Source: Stegostoma tigrinum
Lineage: Eukaryota
Length of the DNA: 64,000 nucleotides
Direction: 5' to 3'
Assembly (NCBI RefSeq): GCF_030684315.1
Contig: NC_081355.1
Span: 1,054,001-1,118,000, forward strand
The translations under genes and the position numbers were made by a program. The notes beneath the pieces are model-generated. The model searched no databases. It was given only the letters and a program-made list of their open reading frames with translations, and was not told the DNA's origin. Positions 25,412-39,556 of the stretch are shown here, one piece after another. Within the stretch, counting starts at the first letter, position 1. The number at the start of each line of letters is the position of its first letter.

Positions 25412-25875
25412 GTGAAACAGTGAGGGGGGACAGTGAGACAGTGATATCGGGACGGTGAGACAGTGAGGGGGGACGCTGAGACAGTGATATCGGGACGGTG
25501 AGACAGTGAGAGGGGGGTGGTGAGGCAGTGACATTGGGACAGTGAGACATGAGTGGGGGAAGGTGAGACAGTGAGAGGGGGACGGTGAGAAAGTGACATC
25601 GGGATGGTGAGACAGTGAGAGGGGGACGGTGAGACAGCCGAGACCGGGACAGTGAGACAGTGAGAGCGGGATGGTAAGGTGATGAGAGCGGGACGGTGAG
25701 GCAGTGAGAACAGGACAGTGAGTCAGCGAGAGTGGGGCAGTGAGACAGGGAGAGCGAGGCAGTGAAGCAGTGAGAGCGGGATGGTGAGACAGGGAGAGCA
25801 GGACGGTGAGTCAATGAGAGACGGACGGTGAGACAGGGAGAGTGGGTAGAGTGGGGCAATGAGGCAGTGACAGTT
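25412..25875. repeat. Purine-rich minisatellite, ~22-bp unit GTGAGACAGTGAGAGGGGGACG
   Basis: Degenerate tandem units are visible directly and produce SH/LT-repeat pseudo-ORFs. Confidence 0.9.
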
Positions 25876-26049
25876 GGATGATGAGACAGCCCAGAGCAGG
25901 ATTGAGAGGGGGTGGTAGGATATTGTTTGTATGCGTGACTCGAGACCCGTGTTCAGTGATGCACCACAGGATCAATGCTGGGTCCCACATTGTTTGTGAC
26001 ATATATATAAACAATGTGTATGTGAGTGTGGGAGGATGAGAAATAAGTT

Positions 26050-27170
26050 TGCACATGATGCAAAGATTGGCTAGGTGTTTGACAGTGACGAAGAAGGTGT
26101 TAGGTTACAAGAAGATATAAATGGATTAGCTAGATAGGCAGATCAGTGGAAAATGGAATTTAACCTGGAGAAATGTGAGGTGATGCACTTTGGAAGAAAT
26201 AACAAAACATGGCAAGACGTAATGAGTGTTAGGACACTAGGAAGCTCAGAGAAATGGAAGAATCTTGGGGTGCTTTTCCGGCGATCTCTGAAGGTGACAG
26301 GACAGATTAATGGAACAGTTGAGGCAGATGGGAATCATACCTTTATTATTCATGACACAGATTAGAAGAGCAAGGAAGTGATATTGGAATTGAGATAACA
26401 AAGTGTGGAGCTGGGTGAACACAGCAGGCCAAGCAGGATCTTAGGAGCACAAAAACTGGTGTTGCCGGCCCAGACCTTTCATCAGAAAAAGGGTCTAGGC
26501 CCGAAACGTCAGCTTTTGTGCTCCTCTGATGCTGCTTGGCCTGCCGTGTTCATCCAGCTCCACACTTTGTTATCTTAGATTCTCCAGCATCTGCAGTTCC
26601 CGTTATCTCTGATGTCAGAGTTGTGCAGGATTTGGCTACCGCTAGAGCACTCTGTGCAGCACTGGTGTCAGCATTATAGGAAGGATGTGAATGCACTGGA
26701 GTATGTGCAGGCGACATTCGCCAGGACCTTTCCTGGGCTGGTGCATCTCAGTGATGAAGAGATGCTGGATAAGCTTGGGTTGTTTTCTTTGGAACAGAGA
26801 TGGTTGAGCAGAGAACTGATAGAGATGTATAAGAATATGAGGGGCATGAACGGGATGGATAGGAAGTAGTTGTTGCCCTTGGTCAAAGGGTCACTAACAA
26901 GGGGGCAATTTCAACATGAAAAGTGGTTTAGAGGGAATTTCACCCAGAGGTTGGTGGAGGTCTGGAGTGCACTACATGGGAGGGGAGTTGTGACAGGAAA
27001 CCTCACAACCAATAAAAAAAAACTTGGATGAGCAGTTGAAATGTTAGAACATTTCAGATCCTGAGTCTAGTTCAGGAATGTGGAACTAGTATAGACTTAA
27101 AATAACTTTGGCATTAATTACTCGATGGACTGAAGGGTCTGCTTTATGCTACATAATTCCATGATTATTG
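26050..27170 (+). mobile_element. CR1 LINE 3' portion with nested PLE fold-back element (26392-26610)
   Basis: MEFNLEKCEVMHFGRNN and LDKLGLFSLEQR motifs. The nested inverted element carries the hammerhead-derived motif. Confidence 0.88.
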
Positions 27171-28349
27171 AATTTTCCCTGGAAAGGTAACATGGCATCT
27201 GCTTCCATTTTGAGACAATGCATTGTTGATCACAACAATTTGCTGTCTTAAATTCTTTGTCTCCATCCATCCCTTTTGATACTGCCTCCATTTGTCTTGC
27301 CTCTGTTTTCTAATTGCTGGTGCTCCTGTCAAGGTTGCAATGTTTCTTCATGAATGTAACCATGACAATTTTGAGCATTTTTATTAAACGTCCCCTTTTA
27401 CCTCTCTCATCTGAAGAGAACAAGACCAGCTTCTTCAGTCTTTCCAAGTAACTCATGCCCCTGCTACATGTTAAAATTCCAGATCTTCTTTCCACATTAT
27501 CTGAATTACGTTTTTAAAAAATTGACACTACTGTTGAATGGGTAACATCAAGAAGTCCCCCAGGTAAGTAGATACACATACAGCCGTTATTATATGGTGA
27601 ATAGTTCACCTGCTGTTGTAGCGCCCATCAAGGTCAAAGTAACTTCAGATGAAGCAGCCATCAGTGAATTAAACCACACAGGAATTAGTTTTGTTCTGAT
27701 TGTAACATCAAAGTACTGGCCTTGCCCTCATGAAATAGTATGCATTTATTGTTACATATTTGAATAGAGATCAAAAATCTGGAAAATCAATCATACACAA
27801 TCATTTTACTCCATGGGGTCCAATATGGCATGTATTATGTGTTCATTCTCTGTTCGCAGTGGACCTCAAACCAGGTGTGATTGAGCTGCTATGTAGACCC
27901 CCAGGGCATAGTGCAGAGTATGTGAGAAATGTATTCTAGTAATTTTATATTTTCAATAGGGCACTCTATATAAGCATTATATTGTTAGCAACAAGGCAGG
28001 CAAAAGTTTCTTTTTAAGTTGTGTGGTTTGATGTCAAACTTCATCGGAGAGTGCACGTGTGAAGATCCTTGTGATGTTTTACAACAGTGAGAACTCTGTA
28101 TAAATGTAGGTCATTGTTACTGTGGTGCAAAGTTACTGTAACCTACATCAGCTTTCAGAAAAGATATATTTGCTCAAAGTCTTTTGTTCTGTCATGCCCA
28201 TGTTTGTTTTCCTTTTTTTTCTTAAAAACTGTGAACAGAAATGAGGAAGAACTTTATTTTTCAACAAAGAATAGCAGCAGTTTTGAAAGGCAAACATCGT
28301 GATAGTCATGCCAAACATCACTAAACAACTATTTTAACAAGTAGCAATA

Positions 28350-28860
28350 TGATTTGGTTTGATTTATCATTGCCACATGCAACAAGATACAGTGAAAAGT
28401 ATTGTTTTACGTGCTAACCAGGAAAATCATACCTTACACAACTACATTAGAGCAGAATGCAGAATATATTGTTAGAGCTACAGGGAAGGATCAACTTTAA
28501 TAGGTGAGGGATCCATTCATAAATCTGAAAACAGAGAGGAGAAAGATGTTCTTAAATTTATTGGTACGTGTTTTTAAACATTTGTATATTCTGCTCGCTG
28601 GAAGAGGGTGGAAGAGAGTAGAGAGATCTTTGGTCATGTGGTCTGCTTTCTCCGGGGCAGCAGGAAGTATAGGTGGGGCCAATGGAAGGAAAACTGGTTT
28701 CCGTGGTAGACTGGGATGCTTTCACAACTTTCTGTGATTTCTTGCTTTCCTGGGCAGCACAGTTTCCATACCAAGCTGTAATGCTTCCGGATAGGAAGCA
28801 TTCTATGGTGCATTGCAAACAGCCAGTCAAAGTCATTGTGGAATTGGTAAGATGCATTGC
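28350..28860 (-). mobile_element. Rex1/Babar-type LINE 3' fragment
   Basis: CTIECFLSGSITAWYGNCAAQESKK and LFHPLPASRIYKCLKTRTNKFKN are typical C-terminal motifs; ATAAATCAAA tail. A further tail lies at ~31315-31530. Confidence 0.8.
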
Positions 28861-30464
28861 AGACTTTTGCATAACTGCATCAATTGCAGGTGATTTAAAG
28901 TTGAGGGGATGCACTGAGGCAGTTTTGCTGGCAACCAAAAGTTGATTGGTCTATGAACTGGTAACTAGTTGTCAATGATGTAGATTATAAAAATGAAAGA
29001 ACTGTGGATTCTAGAAATCAGAAACAAAAGCAGAAATTGCTGGAAAAACTCAGAGGGTCCGGCAACATCTGTGGATAAAATTCAGAGTTAACATTTTGGG
29101 TCCAGTGACCCTTCGTCAGAAATTTTTAAGTTTTTTTTTGAAAGGGATTAGAGTTTTAATTAGTCATGTTATAAGCTGGTGGTTTACAACTGTCTACTCA
29201 TACCTAGAATCTAGCAACTTGTAATTAAATAGTAACTTACTGAGTCCAGAAAATTCATGCTTTCAATTAATCTGCATCTGCAAATTTGATAAATTGGGGA
29301 GCATTGCATTTTTATAAATATCTTTAACTTTTGTAATGCCCCTAGAAATAGCAATGCTCAACTTTCATTGCAACGGCCAATTGAGGATTGATAATTTCCA
29401 TTTACAGTTAGCTTTCTCTCCATGTGTCAGTCCTGTTTGCTGGTTGTTTATCCTATCCCATCATCCGTTATTGCTTCTTGTCCGTTCTTTATGTTTAAAA
29501 TTTCACAATGCAGAGCATTGAGAATTGGTATTCTGCCTGAGAGGTCTGAGCATGTTGAGAGATTTAGTAGAGGAAACAATTTAAGTTGTTGAGAAAACTG
29601 CAGATCTAATGATATCTAAGAAATTTTATTTTCATCTGTCTTCACTCTTTGACCAATGCTTATAGATCCTTCTACATGTAAGTAGAGATGAGTTTCATTC
29701 TCACTGATAAGCTGGCACAGAATGACCTGAAGCAACCATCAGGAACATGGAAAGGAAATGAAATTTTTACACCACATGATCTTTCAAACTGCACCTGGGA
29801 ATATCTATCATTTGTCCTACTCTCTCATCTCCCCTGTGATTTGCCATTTATTGGAAGAATTGACAACAGAGATTGATGGCCTATTTTGGATGAAGCACAT
29901 GATTTTACTGGGCCTTAAATTGCAGTAAGAATAGGGAAAGATTTTGCTAATTAAATAGATAATAACACTAACAGTTACAATCTGCTGCATACAACTACCT
30001 CACCAACAAACAGCAGCAAACTAAATTAAACAAAGAGAAAAAATAGTATTCGGTTAATATCTCAAGATACCACAAAATATTTCAGAATATCACTTTTAAA
30101 AAGTGGTGATGGATGAACTGAAGTAAATGCCACATTCATACTGCAAACGATAGGATCCTTTCACAGAAATGCTCATAATTGGTTAATTTCTTTTCCGTGG
30201 TGCTGGTTGTGTGAGAAATACTGGCAAAATTACAGGGTAAACTCATGGTTCCTCTTCAAACAGTGCTAAGATGTTCTTAATCTTCACTCCATCCATTGGA
30301 ATAAATGAGATATGATAAGTGTTTAAACAGTTGACAGAGCAATAACAATGCAGCAATTGTCCGTGTGGAACTGAAACATCAGTCTGTATAAAAATCTGAA
30401 AGAACTCTGGGTGCTGAAAATCTGAAGTAAAAATAGAAATAGCTGGAAAATGAAATCTAGATAA

Positions 30465-30715
30465 AATTGTGTTTAACTTTTTCATGCAGAGGATAGTATG
30501 TGTATGGAATGAGCTACTGGAGGAAGTGGTGGAATCTGGTACAATTTCAATATTTAAAAAGTATCTGGATAGGTACAGGAATAGGAAAGGTTTAGAGGGA
30601 TATGAGCCAAATAATGGAAAATGGGACTAGATTAATGTAGGATGTGTGGTTGAATTGGACAAGATGTACTGAAAAGTTTATTTCTGTGCTGTAATTCTCT
30701 CTGACTCTATAATTC
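30465..30715 (+). mobile_element. CR1 3' fragment
   Basis: VWNELLEEVVE motif plus 3'UTR. Confidence 0.8.
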
Positions 30716-31534
30716 TAAATTCCGTGGAGGAACTCAGATATAATAATCTATTATGCGATTGCCTTAAATACATTACATCCTCACTGGGTGACTCCATCTT
30801 CTTTCTGTTTGACTTAGTGTTCCATTGAGTTCTATTGAAGTGAGATGACCAGACTGAGCTGCTTATATGTGCAGTTAGTCAGTTACACCTCAATAAAAAC
30901 CTTGAAGCCCCTCTATCACTTCGAAACTAGACACTCTAATATCCCAAAAGCTACAGAGAGGTAAAAGTGACAGGAAAATGTTAGATCTCTGCTGATTTCA
31001 TGATACCCCGGCATTCCTAAAGCTTCCAAAAAATCTGGAACTGCACCTGCAATGCATGCAAGATCAACATCACAATAAAAATGAGACCAGTGTGTCTTCC
31101 CTTCCAACATCATCATCAATTCCTGCAATCGAGGTCATCACTTCTAGTGATAATGCAAACAGCCTATAGCCCCTGTTCTAGTGAGGGAGTTGGAGAAGGG
31201 TCTGTGATAAGTTTGCCCTTACAACTGTTGTAGTTTATTAAAGAAGTATTTTGATATGCACCTGTGATGCCAAGGCATACAAAGCTGTGCATCAAGAGCT
31301 GGAAAATCAGATTAGAATAGTATTTGATTTGATTTTATTTGATTTGACTCAATTTGATTTATTATTGTTGCATGTACTGACGCACAATGAGATATTTTGT
31401 TTTGTGTGCAATACAAGCAGATCATACTACACAAAGTGCACAAGGGTAATAGAACAGACCAAGGAATACAACAATATGGCTGCAGAGAAGGTGCACAAAG
31501 AGCAAGATCAACAATAAATTTTAAATTTAATGAG

Positions 31535-33190
31535 CGTGAGAGGGGAGCAACACAACAAGTTAGACTGTGCTCAAGGAGTGGGTAAGTCAGTGTTTCAGGC
31601 TGAAACCCTTCACCAGGACTGGATGGGGAGAAGGGAAACCAAAAATAAATGGAGGGGGTTGGGGCTGGGGTAGGGGTAGGAGAGAGGACGAAAGGTGGAT
31701 GCAGGCAGGGAGTTATTGTGATTAGTCCGTGAGAAGGGTGGAGTGAATAGGTGAATAGAATAATGGACATGTTTTGTCAGGTTAGGAGGGGGTGAGGAGG
31801 AGAGGGAGGTCTGGACATGGGATAGGGTTGAAGTGGAGGGATGTTTAAGCTGGTGAAGTCAATGTTAAGACCATTGGGTTGTAAGCTCCCAAAGTGAGAT
31901 AACAGATGTTGTTCCACTATTTTACATTTGGCCTCACTCTGACAGTGGAGGAGGCCAAGGATGGACATGTTCGTCAGGGGAGTGGGAGGGGTAATTAAAA
32001 TGGATGGCAAATGGGAAGTAGGGTTGGTTGGTGCTGCAGAGTGCAGATGCTCTGTGAACCGATCCCCAAGTCTGTGTTTGGTCTCCCTGATAGAGAGCAC
32101 GTCATGAGCAATGCCTACAAGGGATGAGGTTGGATGAAATGCAGATGAATCTCTGCTGAATTTGGAACGAGGTGAGGGGCAGGTGTAGGGCAGGTGTAGC
32201 ACCTCCTGCAGTTGAAGGGAAAGGTGTTGGGGTTGGTGGAGGAATTAGTGGGGAGGGTAGAGCTGACAAGGGAATCATGGAATGAACAGTCCCTGTGGAA
32301 TGTGGACGGGGTGGGGAGTGAAATATCTTTTTGGTAGTGGGATCTAATTGGAGGTGGCAGAAATATTCGAGAATGTTGCATTGGATTCAAAGGTTGGTAG
32401 GGTGGCATGTGAGGACCAAGGGGATTCTATCCTTATTGATGTTGGGGGGAGGGGGTTTGAGGGCGGAAGTGTGGGAAATGGCGGAGGTGCGGTTGAGGCT
32501 ATCCTTCATAACAGAAGAGGAAAAATTACAGCATCTAAAGTACAAGAATACCTGGGATGTCCTGGATTGGAATGCCTCATCCTGGGAGCAGATGTGGCAG
32601 AGGTAGAGGAAATGAGAGCATGGGATAGCATTTTTGCAGGAGGGTGGGTGAGAGGTGAGGTAATTGTGTGAGTCAGTGGCTTTGAAATGAATATCAGTGG
32701 AGAGTCAGTTTCCGGAACTGGAGACGGAGAGATCAGGGCAGGGGAAGGAGGTGTCAGAAATGGTCCAGGTAAATTTGAGGGCGCAGTGGAAGGTGTTGGT
32801 GAAGTTGATCAACTGTTGAGCACATTGCAGGAGCACAAAGAAGCACCGATACTGCCAGCAATGTAGCGGAGAAAGAGGTCGGGGATGGTGCCGGTGCTAG
32901 TTGTTGAAGAGGGACTGTTCCATGAATCCTACAAAGAGGTGGACACAGCTTGGGACCATGCGGGTACCCATGGCCACCCTCTTTGGTGTGTCGGAAGTGG
33001 AGGATATGAGCTCAGTCGGGTGCAATCAGGCAGAGACAACGGGTCGACTGGAGCAGTTGGGCTTATGGGTTTTGGGTAAGAGATAGAAACTGACAGTACA
33101 GAGTTGGAGGAGTATTATGTTGAAGGCTGTGGACAGGAGATCTCCCAAAGTGATGAGGTTGTTGATCGTTTGGGAGATGTTGGCTTGGTG
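31535..33190 (-). mobile_element. Penelope-like retroelement, decayed
   Basis: ETKHRLGDRFTEHL and MSILGLLHCQSEAKCK..EQHL (GIY-YIG); RT remnant MGTRMVPSCVHLFVG near 32930-32970; decayed hammerhead near 31585-31620. Confidence 0.9.
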
Positions 33191-33725
33191 ACCAGAGGCA
33201 CAGAGTGGGAGGCTGAAGGGCTTTTGTGCTGAGCTATAGATCTCTGTGACTCTTTCACTTGATTTCCAACTTCCTCAGTATTTTGCTTTTATCAATAAAG
33301 AGGAAGTGGCATCTGTTTCAGATATTTTGAAAGCATAGGATATTGCCAAAGCAGTAATGTTAGTCTGCTTCACAATAACTCACAGAATCACAGGGAACAA
33401 TGATAAAAACATCACAGTGTAAATACACTTTATATTTTTAAGCTATTTATACACACCATTTGTAAGTATTATTTGACAACAGATGCCTTCTAAAAGACAG
33501 CAAGTAGGAAACACACTAAACTCCAGATGATGAGATATTTTCGGTTGATGCCAAAATGGGAAATATAAGTATAAAAGCACAGCATACCAACTTATAAATA
33601 CGAGTCAATCTCAAGCAAACAGAACACGAGTTTCTCACCTGGTCAAACCATCAAAGATTAATGGACTTTAATGCCATTTTGTTCTATTATTCTCAGCATT
33701 TATAAAACAAACAATGCAATATAAT

Positions 33726-33948
33726 AGATAACAAAGTGTGGAGCTGGACAAACACAGCAGGCCAAGCAGCATCTCCGGAGCACAAAAGCTGATGTTTCGG
33801 GCCTAGACCCTTCATCCTCTCTGATGAAGGGTCTAGGCCCGAAACGTCAGCTTTTGTGCTCCTGAGAAGCTACTTGGCCTGCTGTGTTCATCCAGCTCCA
33901 CACTTTGTTATCTTGGATTCTACAGCATCTGCAGTTACCATTATCACA
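33726..33948. mobile_element. Short palindromic PLE-derived element with two opposed hammerhead motifs
   Basis: About 90-bp inverted arms meet at CTTCATC-CTCTCT-GATGAAG, flanked by the direct repeat CAATGCAATATAAT. Confidence 0.88.
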
Positions 33949-34159
33949 TCACCAATGCAATATAATGTCTTCTGATCATTATTCTCTGCCTTTAGAAGGT
34001 AGATTTTTATTTACTACCAGCCAAGTGGTAGCTAACTTCAGGAATATCAAATGTCTGTCAAATACCAAGCTTAATAATATCTCACTTGACAATTAGTTAG
34101 ATTTTCAAATTTTTGTACCTCATGCTATTGCACTTGCTATGTTTTGATATTCAATCTAG

Positions 34160-34612
34160 TGGGCTAAATTTTAGCAGAGCCTGAAAGTTAACTTCAAGGA
34201 TTGTCTTGGGGGTACTTTTTGCAGATCTCACATATTTCTCTGCTGCCCACTTCATCATACACTGTCCCCTGATGGTGCCAGTCATATAGGTGGCACTTTC
34301 TGGGGTAAATGCCATTGGCACCACATTTAAGGCCCAGTGTCTACCAGGTCAATCGCTGCAAATCAGGAACAACCATTCACAGATATGGAGCAGGAACAAT
34401 TGCTGTAGAGATGGCGGGAAGAGGCTGGTTGTTTTCCAGATTTTCTGACAGGGAGCAGGTTATCCTTGTGGATAGGGTGATGAGCAGGAAGGTCTCATTT
34501 TCTCAGGACCTCCAGAGGAAACTAAATCATCACACCCTGTCCTGCTGGTTGAAGACAGCAGGCTAGGTCATTGTGTTGTTTGCAGTTGGTAGGAATGTGC
34601 AGTAATGCTATG
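34160..34612 (+). mobile_element. Harbinger-like Myb/SANT relic
   Basis: MAGRGWLFSRFSDREQVILVDRVMSRKVSF..HHTLSCWLKTAG*V....GRNVQ*C, the same pattern as at 16111. Confidence 0.55.
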
Positions 34613-37600
34613 TTGGAGGCAGTAGTGCAGCATTAATGTCATTGGACTCAGAACCTAGAATCTCCATCTAATGGTCTGGGTACAGCGGCTTGATTCCCAC
34701 CACTGCGGATGGTGAAATCTGAATTCAATTAACGTCAGGAAGTAAAAGTTAATCGAATGGCAGCAATGCAGGCATTGTTGAATGTTGTTAAAAAACAGCT
34801 TGTTGACTACTGCCCAAGGAGGAAGCAGAGAGTTGAAGCTTTTGGTTCCTGGTTTGAATTTCATGTCAGGAGTTGTCACCATCCAGCTTCTCTCCATGAC
34901 AGTGGAGAATTAGAAATGCATAACAATGAGACAAAAACAGGTATTCACATGTTAGTGAGTCTTTCCACCATTCACTGGTGAGATTTTTGGCTCGCCTTTA
35001 AAAGCTTGGGCACAAAATCTGCCTTTGTTTTTCTCTCTTATGTCACCATATTTTCTCAACTAGCTCATCATTGTCTACCACATTCAGGGACTGAGAAAAT
35101 TGCACCCTGTGTATCTCTGACTCATGAAAATTCTGGAACCCTGCTGTTATTTACTTCACTTTGGATGTGGGAATCCTTTGGATTCCACAGTGATGTTTGC
35201 CAAATATCTATCTGATCATGATTTGCCATAGTTAAAGGAATTATTGATCTGAGTATTAATTCTTGGATCAAATGAATCAAGATCAGTAATAATTTGGCGG
35301 TAGAGTTTTTCTTTTGATTTTCTGGCTCTGAAGCAAATTACAGCTCTTATGCAATGAACTTCTGCAGTTATTGAGTTACAAAGCGTTTTTTCATGTTGCC
35401 ATCTGAGTCCTCCAAGTGCATAGAATCTTTAGGGGCTAACAGAGTTTAATATGCATTCAGGTGGCCACATTTAAGTCTAACAAGAAGACTCTTGTAACAG
35501 TAAATAAGATGTAGCTAGTTGCATCTCTGAAACTCTTTGCAGATTATAAAGAATAAACTCTATACTACCACATAACTGCCGAGAGGTTCTCACTTTGAGA
35601 CTGTCCTCCACAAGATCCTACTTTACTTTTTCATCAACTCATCAGTACAGTGGTTGTTAATTTCACTGAATTAATTATTAATCCTTTCAGAGTTAGGAAG
35701 AACTGCCAGTAGTAAAAACGGTCCCAAATCGAAACGTCAGCTTTCCTGCTTCTCTGATACTGCCTGACCTGTTGTGTTCCTCCAGATCCACATTGCATTA
35801 ACCCTTTCAGAGCCTTCCAAACCCACATTCAACACAAAGAAGTGGTTAATGTCAAAGGCACAGTTAAGACAATGGTTATAAATGCTGTATGTGTTATTAA
35901 CAGAAATTCCTCATATGATCCCATTTCCTTAAAAATATATTTTCAATGGACTGAAAATTCTTAAACTAGTAATAGTGATACTGTAATTTAAAATGATGTA
36001 CAATACTTAGACAAGACACTGCATTAGATTAAAGCCTTTTTATCCCAGATGCATCAGTACTCAAACATAAATGGAATTATAATATAATAAAGAACTGCAG
36101 GTGCTGACGATCTGAAGCAAAAACAGAATGTGCTGGAGAAACTCAGCAGGCCTGACTCCATTTGTGAAGAGCGAAACAGAATTAGCAATTCAGGTCTAGT
36201 GATACTTTTTCACCTTGGAAACAAAACATGCGCTCTGTTTTCCTTGCCTCGGGTGCTGCCAGTACTGTTGAATTTTTCCAGCAAATTCTGTTTTTGTTCA
36301 AATTGTTTTAGCAAGCCGAGGTTAAGGCACGAGGTCATTAAAATTTAAAATTATATAATTTGTTACCACTTTGAACTTGGGTAGACACAGTTGATATTCT
36401 TTGTTAAATAATTGCAGGACATATTAGTGTATAATTGTTTTCTCACTTTGTAATTGAGATAGCTGGTACTCCGATTAAATTCCTGTAACTTTTATATTAT
36501 GGCCTTTCCAAAAACAACATTTGCCTACAGAGGAACAATTACACCTGATAAACTGTCACACTGATTTTAAATTATAAGTGTGAAACTGTTACGGTAGCAA
36601 TCATTCAGAATTTGTGTGACTTGTTTATATTTTCAAAAACATCAAACAGGGAATAATGTGTTTCTGAAATCATCAGCCAGTCAGTCAATATCTAATGGTG
36701 GTATTGATAGTAAAATGTTGCAGTTGTATTTGGGTAAACTCAGTGTGAGAATGGTGCTAAATGTATTCATGAAGCATGGCTACCAGGCAGTGAGAAGGCT
36801 GTAAGTGAGCACAGCCAAAAGACGTTCGTCATTTTATCAACACATGGGGTTTCAATCAAACCATTTTGGGCCATAAAACCAATAGCAGCACATAAAACTT
36901 TGAACATTTCCTCCCTATTCCATTTTTTGTTGAACATTGGATTTGCTTAATAGGATCTGTGACCTATTTACAATTGTCACATGATAATCTATTGCAACTG
37001 GTACTTTCCCAGGTGGAGATCCCACATCATCTTCTCCAGAACTGCACATAAAGTATGTGTGGGACTGGAATAAACAATGCAGGGTGGACACTGGCCAAAA
37101 ATGTTAGTCGTTATTTTCATAGCAGTTTGGAATTTCAGTAAGGCTTGCCTCAAATGTTTTTCTTACTTTATCTGCGCTCCGGTGAATAAAAAGCATTTCA
37201 CATTCAAATGTAATGCGTAGAATAAGTAACTATATCTGCTTACTTTCCTTTTGAATAATAAATTACATTATTCTTCCATTGCAGCACTATATGGAATACA
37301 GTAAAATATTATCTCTCTCATGAAGTCAATTGGGATATGATTATGTAAAATATCCCAAGGCATTGAACATCCCAAAAGACAATTTATAATAAAATTGGGG
37401 GATGCTGGATAAAAGATCTCAGTACACACAGGTACCAAGGCTGGAAAGGACACATTAACAAAAGGCAGAAGAATGATTTCCAGTCTATCTTACTAATCTT
37501 CAGGACATTTGATCTCTTCAATACACTGTTATTTATTTCAAAAGAGACAGGAGTAGCCGAGCCCTCAGCACAATAGCGATTGATTTCTACACTTGGAGAA

Positions 37601-37855
37601 GGCATTTGCCCCAACAACTCATATTCCCATACCACTTTTTAACATAATGATGCATACCAGGCCATCTCAGTGAGGATTTGCAAAACATAGTAGTCAGTTA
37701 GAAGACATTGGGGCAGGTGACAAAAGAACTCAATTAAAGAGGTCTGTTTCAAAAAATAAAGGCAGGATCCAGTGATTGCTGGAAACCTGAAATCTGAGAA
37801 TGCTGGAGAAACTCAGCAATTCTGTCAGCATCTCTGGAGAGAGCAATAATAACAC

Positions 37856-38150
37856 TGGCATGGTGGCTCAGTGCTTAGCAGCACCAGGGACCCCAGTTCA
37901 ATTCCACCCTCCAGCAACTGGCTTTTTGGAGTTTGCACATTATCCCAGTGTCTGTGTGGGTTTCCTTTGGGTGCTCCAGTCTCTTCCCACAGTCCAAAGA
38001 TGCGCAGGCTGGGTGGGTTGGCCATGCTAAATCACCTGTGGTGTTCAGGGATGTGTAGATTTGGTGGATTATGGGTCTGGGTGTGATGTTTTGTGAGTTG
38101 GTGTGGACTTGTTGAGCCAAAGAGCCTGTTTCCACACTGGTAGATTCTAT
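37856..38150 (+). mobile_element. HE1-type (V-SINE) elasmobranch SINE
   Basis: GGCATGGTGGCTCAGTG head, V-domain TGGAGTTTGCAC..GGGTTTCC..CCCACAGTCCAAAGATG and a CR1-derived tail. It is inserted in a PLE fold-back remnant. Confidence 0.88.
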
Positions 38151-38409
38151 CTGTGAATGTTTCAAGTCTGATTTGACTTTTACTCAGTACTAGAGTCAAT
38201 TTGATTCAAAATAGTTCCCCTCCACAGATGGTGGCACACCTGGGTTTCTCCAGCACTTTCTGTTTTTGATACACGTTTAAATCAGCTTTAAAGGGAGGAA
38301 AGCAACCTTTCATCTCATTCTTTGCAATAGATCTTTTAACTCTTCTTCCTTAGCTTTAGTAATTTTTTTATTCATTCATGGGATGTGGGCATCACTAGCT
38401 GAGGTATTT

Positions 38410-39550
38410 AGTCATAGAGTCATAGAGATGTGCAGCATGGAAACAGACCCCCCCCCCCTTCCATTTTGCCTACACCAACCAGCTATTCTAAATTAATGGT
38501 GTCCCATTTGCTGGCATTTGGCCCATATCTCTCCAAAACCTTCCTATATTCATATGCCCATCCAGATGCCTTTTGAATGCAGTAATTGTTCCAGCCTCCA
38601 CCACCTCTGGTAGCTCATTCAATACATGCACCACCTTCTCTGTGAAAAAGTTGCCCCTTAGTTCATTTTTAAATCTTTCATCTCTCACCTTAAACCTATG
38701 GCCTCTAGTTCTTGACTCCCCTAACCTGGGGAAAAAAAACCTTGTCTATTCATCCTATCCATGTCCCTCATGATTTTGTAAACCCCTATAACGTTACCCC
38801 CTCAGCCTCCATTGCTCCAGGGAAAATAGCCCCAGCCATTCAGCCTCTCCTTATAGCTCAAACCTACCAATTCTCACAACCTCCTTGTAAATCTTTTCAA
38901 AACCTTTTCAAGTTTCACAGCATCCTCCTTATAGCAAGGAGGCCAGAACTGAATGTAATATTCCAAAAGTGACCTCACCAATGTCCTGTACAACCATCAC
39001 ATTATCTCCCAACTCCTGCTCTAAATGCATTGATCAATAAAGGCATGCATACCAAACACCTTCTTCACTACCCTGTCTACCTGTGACTCTGCTTTCAAGT
39101 AACTATGAACCTGCATTCCAAGGTCTCTTTGTTCAGCAATACTCCCCAGGACCTTACCATTAAATGTATAAGTCCTGCCCTAATCTTCTGCATCAAAATG
39201 TAGCAACTTACATTTGTATAAAGTAAATACCATCTGCCACCATCTGTTCTGAGGAAGGGTCACCAGACCTGAAACTTTAACTCTGTTTTCTCCTCCACAG
39301 ATGCTGCCAGACCTGCTGAGCTTTTCCAGCAACTTTGTTTTTGCACCATCTGCCACTCCTTGGCACATTTGCCCATCTGTTCAAGGTTCCATTGTACTCT
39401 GAGGTAACCTTTTTCGCCATCCACTACACCCACCAATTCTGGTGTCATCTGCAAACTTACTAACCATCCCAACAGCATTCACATCCAAATCATTTATATG
39501 AATAAAAAAACAGTGGACAACATCAGTCCTGGCAGCACACTGCTGGTCAC
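38410..39550 (-). mobile_element. CR1 LINE 3' portion with nested PLE terminus (39241-39344)
   Basis: (AGTCATAG)n tail and FKNELRGNFFTEKVV motif. The nested piece is flanked by ACCATCTGCCAC direct repeats. Confidence 0.9.
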
Positions 39551-39556
39551 AGACCT

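Noticed and set aside
25306-25859. Repetitive proteins or a CRISPR-like array
   Set aside because: A degenerate tandem minisatellite with no unique spacers, in a eukaryotic context.
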